A stretch of 60,182 nt of DNA, the filler included, from Sphacelaria rigidula (lineage: Eukaryota), in the NCBI GenBank assembly GCA_964200075.2. It is 9 parts of 9 records of this genome, joined end to end, with 100 filler letters (N's around TTAATTAATTAA, not from the genome) between each part and the next. Parts side by side here need not be neighbours in the genome. Positions count along the whole stretch, not along the records: positions 46,889 to 53,485 come from CAXNAA020019144.1; positions 53,586 to 60,182 come from CAXNAA020019145.1; 7 more parts are not named here. One strand, 5' to 3'. This document shows, in pieces, positions 52,832 to 60,182 of this stretch; positions within the stretch are counted from its first letter, which is position 1; each line of letters opens with the position of its first letter. The position numbers and the translations under genes were made by a program. The notes below the pieces were generated by a model that was not told the origin of the DNA, searched no databases, and was given only the letters and a program-made list of their open reading frames with translations.

Positions 52832-53287
52832 CTCAAACTCGCTATCGCTATCGCTGTCAACGACTCCGTGCACCCCACCAGCAGTCGACGTCGAAGGCGT
52901 AGTTCGCACCATGCTAAGTTGCTGCAGCGGCGTCATCCCCCCGCCCCCCCCGCTCCCTTTCCTGCTGAGCGAAGCCCCGGATTCGCTTGCCTTCCGTCTT
53001 GCGGAAAACTTGCTAGTGGACCGGCCCGCTTTTTCTTTTGGCCCGCCTGCGGACCCGCCGCTACTGGTGGCTTTGAGGGGAGTGGAACCGCCGGTCTTTG
53101 GCGTTCCGATTCCAACGCGGGTATTGCCTCGGCTGCCTGATTTTGGTCGCAGGTGTATATTTGTCAAAAGGGTTCGAGCAGAGGCATGAAGAGCACGCGT
53201 GGGCGACGTGCCGACCGTGAGTGGAGACGGCGCTTTCTTGGAGAGACGAACAGAGTTTTTATGCAAAACATTCATCACAGTCATCAA
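52832..53287 (-). CDS. S/G/T-rich internal exon, probably upstream part of the EDR2_C gene
   Basis: 456-nt open frame between a CCAG acceptor and a GAG|GTGAGC donor, same strand and contig; linking exons unresolved. Confidence 0.6.
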
Positions 53288-53399
53288 CTGGTCCAAGATC
53301 AGAGAGAGGTAACTCGAGACGCAACAAAAACTCAGGGGGTTCCGGAACTGGTCTGGTCGTTGGGTCGTTTCTTGGGACGCGGGGGCGGGGGGAGATGGG

Positions 53400-53485
53400 G
53401 GAGGGGGGGGGGGCGTACGCATTTGTTGCTTGCGTGAGTCGTTTAACCATTGACTACGCATCCCTTTCGGGAAGAATCAACGTTC
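53400..53485 (-). mobile_element. Family PC retroposon 3' end at contig edge
   Basis: G run then CGTACGCATTTGTTGCTTGCGTGAGTC...CGCATCCCTTTCG on + strand. Confidence 0.75.
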
Positions 53486-53889
53486 NNNNNNNNNNNNNNN
53501 NNNNNNNNNNNNNNNNNNNNNNNNNNNNNTTAATTAATTAANNNNNNNNNNNNNNNNNNNNNNNNNNNNNNNNNNNNNNNNNNNNAGCGGATGACGACAA
53601 ATTTTTTTGGTGTGGAGAACCACCGAAGAGTGCCGAATAAAAAACGAAATGGACCTTCCATTTTTTTTTTTTCATAGAGGTTAGAGCGTTCTCGTGAAAT
53701 ATGGTCTTTACCATAGTAGAACGCCCCAAACCAGTGGAAAAAATTGAAGAAAAAAATCAGCCTGGCCCACTTTGTTTTGTTGATTATGCCCTAGCCACGC
53801 CCCACACAAAGTTTCAATACACAAACACAACACGTGGGCCGGTAAATGGCCTGCAAAATATTGTTCCGAATTCCTTGACTCTGTTACTA

Positions 53890-54165
53890 AACGGCCGATT
53901 ATGCAGATACTCGGAGTTGGACCCTGAAATTTGGTATGGACAATGAGTAGGGCATAATAAAAGAAACTACTAGCGTACACGAGGGATTTTTTTTTTCATG
54001 AGTTAAGGGCAATACTCAGTTTTCAGATATCGGTAGAATGCCTCTGACTCCTGAAAAAAGAAATCCCTTGTGTGCGCCAGTATTTTTTTTAATTATGCAC
54101 TACTCATGGTCCATACCAAATTTCAGGGTCCAGCTCCAAGTATTGGCCATATAATTGGCCTGCAA
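53890..54165. repeat. Long fold-back inside a CGAGCTGGGC-family element
   Basis: GGACCCTGAAATTTGGTATGGAC / GTCCATACCAAATTTCAGGGTCC; family terminus at about 54187-54200. Confidence 0.85.
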
Positions 54166-54410
54166 ACTGCAGAATCGCTTCTCGGCTGGCCCAGCTCGTA
54201 GCGAATTCAGGACCTCTGCGGTGTTGCGGAGTACTGTGTTGTGCATGGTGCTCCGAATCACCGCAGGCTCCCTGCATTCGCTAGTGCTGCTCCGCCCATG
54301 TGATGAGAGACACTGTCTAGCGCCAGGTATCTGGCTGTGCTGCATGAGCGATGCATTGCTGCTGATGATTTCTTCCAACGTCGGACGACGATGGGTATGA
54401 CTCATGGCAC

Positions 54411-54720
54411 TCGTACTCGTTGGGCTGCTCGTTGGTCGTTTTTGGAGGTCCTCGAGCACTCGAGTAATTACTCGTTGTGCCAAACCCAATGAGGCGAGCA
54501 CTCGAGTCATTGCTTGTTGTGGAAAAACTGGTTGGGCGAGTACTCAATTCATTGCTCGTTGTGGAAGTATTATGAGGGCGAGTACTCGAGTCAATGCTCG
54601 TGGTTAAAATATTATGAGGGCGAGTACTCGAGTCATTGCTCGTTGTGGAAAAATCAACAGGGCGAGTACTCGAGTTATGCCCGTTGTGTTTTCAGAACAC
54701 ATCGACGAGTGCACTCGTGT
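54411..54720. repeat. 42-bp tandem minisatellite with palindromic core
   Basis: CGAGTACTCG-like core at 54453, 54495, 54537, 54579, 54621 and 54663. Confidence 0.92.
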
Positions 54721-55647
54721 CGGCGAGTAATGGCTCGTCCGACGTGTGCAACGTTTTCCCAGGCTCGACAGAGCGGTGCTACGGTAGGGGTGTACATTTT
54801 GCGCAAACGTTTCTCTGGTTCAGGGGCTCTAAACAATTCTAGATGCACAAGAATATGGGTCAGGGCATCCCCGTTTGCGAAGTCATTCGGATATCCCTTG
54901 CACATTGGAATAGCAATCCTGGCGTACTCTCACATATTTCAGACGTCTTGGTTTGAAGTACATAAAGAGCTCCTATCAACTTTAACCCCAGAAAATATGT
55001 GTGCACTCCTACCGTAGCATCGCTCGACAGCTGAGCACGTTCATGTTATTTCATATTCGACTTAGAATGCATTCACGTTTCATCCATGTAGTATGTGCGA
55101 TGCTCACGAGAGTATGTAAGGTCATAAGTTCAGGCGCAAGCACTCTCCCGTGGACCAGCTGCGTCTGTCGTTATTTGCAGTAACAATGATTCACCACATG
55201 CATCAGTAAATTAGCGGGATCTTGACTTCAGAAGAACAACCCCCAACACGATATCATCGTTCACGCGTACAATTAGACTTGCAATACGAGGAGTTACGCT
55301 TTTAATACACACAAAGAAAGGGTCGAGCGAGATTTCGGGGCAAATGCGATGTGACCGAAAATGGAGACACGTCAACATATTCTTGGCAATTGCTCCGTCC
55401 TCGGGCCCTCTCGGCGTATTTTCACGTAGTGAGAACATATGCACATCAACGCCTGCTTCGCTCCAATGGATACAGAGTATGCAGTGAGCCGCATGTATTT
55501 GTCGCACCATTTGCCTATCTCATTTGAGTTTTCACTCCATCCGCTGCGGTAGCGCTCATCATGTTTGTATGCGTACCCCCCCGCGCGCAGTCAGAAGACG
55601 ATTGGACGCGTAAAACGCAATACATCAGTATAATACAGCACACAAAC

Positions 55648-56499
55648 CTTGAAGTAGGCCACGATTTCATCGACCGTTGCGACCAGTTCGTCACGGGAGA
55701 GCGCTACAATGCCGAAGAATAGCTCCAGTGTGATAGATAGGGTGATGACGCGTAGCTCTTGGAGCATGTCGACCTTACCGCACCCTATCGCAGCCGCACC
55801 ATCGCCACCAGTAGCAGCAGCAGTAGCAACCCGCAGTCTCTCTAGCTCTACGCACAGCGCCTGCGTTGCCTTTTTGGCGACATATGTGGCTGCTCGCTCC
55901 AGGCATCTGGAGTTGAGACTGCTTTGAAAGCAGCGGCGCGCTTGTTCCCAGCTCTTACCATCGTTGTTCCATATAACCCCCTGGTTGAGCATGCCCAGAG
56001 CGCGCAATCCCGTCTCGTCCGCAAAGCGTTGCACGTAGTTTGACGAACTGAAAATGTGGTGGGCTAGATCAGGTCGAGCTACAAGTAAGGTGCCACAAGA
56101 GGATGGATTCTTTTTCGTTTGGCAGCTGCTGGCTTCATGCGTGACGTACACCGCATCGCCGTGTCGATGAAATATGTCGCAAGCCACCTTTGGCACGCCG
56201 TCCGTGACAAACAATGTGAGTAGATCGGGCATGTCAACCACAGGGATTTCAGAGTCCTTGGCATTCCCACTTATGGCGGCGGCAGCGATGGCGGCGGTCA
56301 TGGTGCAATAAAACCACAAGCGATACACCGTGCAGAAGGGGGCGCGAGCAACAGCGTGGAGAAAATCAGCACTCGCAAAAAACACGCGATCGCACGCTGC
56401 CGTGTTTATACCGGTTGTTGGGAGAGGTCCACTTTCTCGTAGTAGTGCAGCAAAACCGAAAGCAAGCATAAACACAGAATTGGAAGCACGGCAGATCAC
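55648..56499 (-). CDS. Cytochrome P450, aromatase (CYP19)-like, N-terminal-half exon; downstream exons not found in contig
   Basis: YVQRFADETGLRALGMLNQGVIWNNDGKSWEQARRCF with C-helix WxxxR, and VDMLQELRVITL...EIVAYFK; CAG acceptor, AAG|GTTTGT donor, 852 nt, phase 0-0. Confidence 0.85.
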
Positions 56500-57167
56500 C
56501 TGCTTTCATCTTCGTCCGGTTGACCAACACCCCACAACCTGCGCCACACGAGCATCAGGGTGTCCATCATTGCGCTCGGCTGACAATGAAGACTAGGAGA
56601 GCGTGTACGTGTCGTTGAGATGGTGTGTACGGTGTTCTCGTTGCGTGCGCGACAGTTCCGTGTCCTGATCCCATCACACGATGCCATTTGTAGAGGAGAC
56701 TGTCGCTGTCATTTGTTGACCCCGCAATATAAAGGCGTCCTCAGGTGGGCTGTAGTGAACATTCACTACTATGCAGTAACTTGGCCCCTCTTGGACAGCG
56801 AAAGTAGTCATCCGTAGAATCGGCATCAATTTCACTTAAAGATGATATCAGTGATCCAGATGGGCAACTCGCGGTTCAACGAGTAAAATGTAGCCAGCCA
56901 TCTCTGCCGAACAAACTGAGCGAAAAATAGCCCGAAAGGGCGCGGATGTATAGTCACCCGTGTTTTGTTATTGCTAACGCATCGCAGAGAGGGCTTTACC
57001 CGGCCCTGGCGACAGAAATTATAAATGGTTGGATGTAATTCGTGTTAGTTGAACCTCACACATGCATCCCCATTCCCAACCCGAAGCAGACCAGCAGCCC
57101 TTGGGGAGAGGGTGCGTACAGAGGGTACCGTGGGCAAAAACGCCTGCAGCTCAAATACAAGTCGGAC

Positions 57168-57389
57168 CTGTGCTGCGAACTCTTGGGTCCATGAACCCTG
57201 CGAAGATTTGAGTATGCTGCTACTGCTTGTACTTTTAACCATGAAGTATTGGGCCGAACTCGCGCGACTTCCAGTATTATGTTCCGGCTTCGTTGCCGTA
57301 CACCCCAGCTTCCTAGACCGCGATATTATTGAGCAAATACACACAACACAACCCATCAACAAGTCAGTCCGAAATGGCGGCGCTTCCAT
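57168..57389 (-). CDS. Probable first exon of the P450 gene
   Basis: ATG 57389 (MEAPPFRTDLLMGCVVCICSII), phase-0 donor CAG|GTCCGA compatible with the 56499 exon; donor is weak. Confidence 0.5.
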
Positions 57390-57667
57390 TACTACAGAAA
57401 CACTACACGAGAGGTCTCAAAAGGCGTCCCACACAGGCGCATATTTTGAGCATATGAGATTTCGACGAAACCGAATACTGTTCGGAATCTCGACCATTCG
57501 ATACACATGCAGCCCGTGAAGTGAAACCTCTTTTCGCCAAAGCGTCGCATGGCATCAGGACGCCAACACATCTCCACACCAAACCCTTCTACCTCCTGGC
57601 ACAGGAGGGCCGTCAACACGCAGACAGGCAGAGAGACATACCATACGGACACACTATAAACACAGGA

Positions 57668-57697
57668 CACAGACAGACAGACAGACAGACAGACAGA
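57668..57697. repeat. (CAGA)n microsatellite in the divergent intergenic region
   Basis: About 7 units. Confidence 0.9.
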
Positions 57698-57732
57698 AAA
57701 ACAGTAGCGACGCACGTCGTTGCCGTGTTGTC

Positions 57733-58182
57733 ATGGCTGGCAACAGTACATCTCGAGCCGTGGTATTAGTCGGCCCGAGCTCTGCGGGAAAAACAACGTT
57801 GATGCGCGAGCTGTGCGCATTGCTGCCGGACAGAAGGAAGGGGGTTACTGAAGTTGCTCGCTCTCTGATGAGAGAAGAAGGCATTACGCGAGTACAACTC
57901 GAGGAATGGTTGATGGAGGAGAAACGTGGGGGGGCCAACGCTGGGTTTTCTCGTTTTCAACGGAGAGTGCTTGCGCGGGTGAACCAAATGGAGAAGCTGC
58001 ACTTCAGCTCGAGTGGTGATCGGGACCGGAAGAACCTTGTTGTGTTCGACCGCGGCGGGGTGGATCCCATCGTTTATGCAAAGATCTATGTGTCCTCTGG
58101 TACAGGCCAGGAGCTTGCTGTGACTCAAGACGCACGGGAAGTCTTCGAGCGTTATCGGCGTCAAGACGTGCTGGTGGTGCTG
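57733..58182 (+). CDS. AAA_28 (NadR-like) P-loop NTPase/kinase, first exon
   Basis: VVLVGPSSAGKTTL (Walker A), EVAR, FQRRVL, VVFDRGGVDPIVY; donor CTG|GTGAGT at 58183. Confidence 0.85.
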
Positions 58183-58291
58183 GTGAGTTTTGTCCTGCAC
58201 CTGGTCATCGCCGCTCACGTACGGAATACCGTGCTACTGAGGAACTTCAGAAGGGGGGGAAATGCCCTCAAGTTAGATAGACTGATACGCG

Positions 58292-58380
58292 TAGAGGTAT
58301 CTCAAACTCGAGGTTCACGATATGCTTGACTGTAAATTACGGTGAAATATGCCAGGAACCTCGAGTTTCAGATACCTCTA
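58292..58380. mobile_element. Tiny TA-ended MITE
   Basis: TAGAGGTATCTCAAACTCGAGGTTC / GAACCTCGAGTTTCAGATACCTCTA. Confidence 0.8.
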
Positions 58381-58586
58381 ATAATATTACTATTCACCTT
58401 CATCTTGACTTTAAATCGAATACTTCGTATCATCTCAACCCAACTTATAGATGACCCACCCTGTCCATGAAGGAAGTGAACCACTTGAAGTTGGCCACTA
58501 GGGCGATCGTCTGTTGAACCGGCATCATTATCACTTCGAAATTGAATGCGCGAGCCAGTTGCCCCACCCTGGCCCAACAGACGTTA

Positions 58587-58886
58587 CCAACTGGTCGGGA
58601 AAAATGGTTGAAATTGAAAACATACTCGTTTTAGTCTATGTCGGGGCGATGGATGAAACCACCAACAGATACAGGTGAGCAGTGGTGAGCAGTAGACCCA
58701 GCTTGTCCAGCACGTTTTTTGTTCCAAAATGGGCTGAAAGGCGTCGATTTGAGCTTCGCGTAGGGAATACTCTCCACCCCCTTGCCCGAGTGTTCTCGGT
58801 ATGCCTTAGTCGGGGTTAGGGTTAGGGCCAGGGTTAGGGTTGGCGGCATCTCCATAATGCGTCAACCATTTTTTCCGACCACTTGG
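58587..58886. mobile_element. TA-flanked MITE carrying TTAGGG repeats
   Basis: TA|CCAACTGGTCGGGAAAAATGGTTGA ... TCAACCATTTTTTCCGACCACTTGG|TA; GGGTTAGGGTTAGGGCCAGGGTTAGGGTT inside. Confidence 0.8.
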
Positions 58887-60182
58887 TAAAGAGGCCTCCC
58901 CTGGCCGCAGACGAGGATCAACCCTGTTGACCGCGAAGCACTTTATTCAAGTGCTGAGGCACAACGGAAAAGGCGGAAGTACATATGACCCAGACGGCCC
59001 ACCCTGAGAGTCAGAGGATCGAAGAACATCAGCGGGATGGTCCTGCAATAAAGGGGACGCGGGACCGGGCGGGGCGGCATGGGGCGGGGGGTGATGAGGG
59101 GGTTGACTGCACAAAGCAAGGGGTTAATAATATTGCAGAGTGATGCTGCAGTAGGGGTGCACAATATTTTCTGACGTTCGAATTATTAGGAGCTCTGTAT
59201 CTCATCCAAAGCACCACCTACGGATGTGTGAGGGTATGCCAGGATTACTATCTTTATGTGCTAGAGATATATCTCGAATGATATTGCGAACGGGAACGCC
59301 CGGACCCATATTCTCCTGAGATCTAGAATCGTCAGGAGCCCCTGAACCGGACACGATTTCGCGCAAAAAGGGCACCCCTACCGTAGCATTGCTTGGTGTC
59401 GTACAAGATCTCACGCATTCGTTTTGAGCTTATACGTGACTGAGGCCGCACCCGCGCATCAGTGTGATCGCGTTTCCTGACCCCAAGAGCATATAAACAT
59501 TTTTTTCTGCTTCCAGCGACACTTTGAAGCGACTCCTTAATGCTAGAGATGGTTCAACAGCCCTTCTCCTCGTTCCCTGATCCGGTGGTGAAAACCTGGC
59601 GTGCTCCATCCCGGCTTCGTAGGGATACGAGACCAATGGTGTTATGACTACGCGACATATAATGAATGTCCTGAGCACATTCCTGTCGTAGATTCACTTC
59701 GGTTTTACCCCAACCCCCTTGACCAGCCTTAATTACGACGATCGCATTTTTATGTTTATCTGCCGCAATGCCGTCCCGAGTATTCTTGTGGACGCAGCGG
59801 CTCTTTGCAAGAACCGATGATTTTGCCGCCAAAGCTCTTGTTGGACCACCTACCGACTCACTCACTGACAGAGGCATACTATGTGTATCTGGATTCAATT
59901 GTACCGAAATCAAGGGTTATAACAACTGATGCTTCCCGGGAATACTGTACACCGAAGCCGTCGGAGCGGATCCACTGTTGCCCGAGAGTGGCTCCTCGGG
60001 GTAAAACCTTGACAAAAGAACCCGCCCAGCCGTCTGCTGTCCTGCCTGGCGAAATGATGAAATCAAGGTGTTGGGGATTTTTTGTATCGAAGCTGTGGTT
60101 TTCAAACTACAAACAACAACAAATTGTGCGAATTGAGGTTTAACTCCGAGATGAGGTTCAAGCCTAGAACAGTGCTTTCCCC

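Noticed and set aside
54411..54720. CRISPR-like repeat/spacer array
   Set aside because: Variable parts are only about 10 nt and partly identical; no cas genes; eukaryotic context.
59692..59820. Second exon of the AAA_28 gene
   Set aside because: An acceptor and open frame exist (IHFGFTPTP...) but no family motif is recognisable.

Overview
Eukaryotic, intron-rich and repeat-rich DNA (roughly 50% GC by eye, GT-AG introns of kb size), most consistent with a brown alga or other stramenopile (inference from gene and repeat style). The window is not one locus. It is nine contigs of 6597-6599 bp in descending length order, joined by 100-bp N/TTAATTAATTAA/N linkers, so adjacency across linkers means nothing. 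Recognisable spliced gene pieces: a DCAF8/WDTC1-type WD40 protein, a long-exon ankyrin protein, a mitochondrial citrate-carrier-like exon, a Sec23/Sec24-family gene, an EDR2_C-domain gene, and a head-to-head pair of an aromatase (CYP19)-like cytochrome P450 and an AAA_28 P-loop NTPase. The rest is decayed Ty1/Copia sequence, tRNA-derived SINEs and many MITEs or fold-backs. Best leads: (1) the CYP19-like P450 and its divergent neighbour; (2) a circularly permuted one-LTR Copia element opened at a G/C run; (3) a 5'-truncated retroposon family that appears to insert into poly(C) tracts. All family assignments are by eye from recalled motifs; no searches were run.
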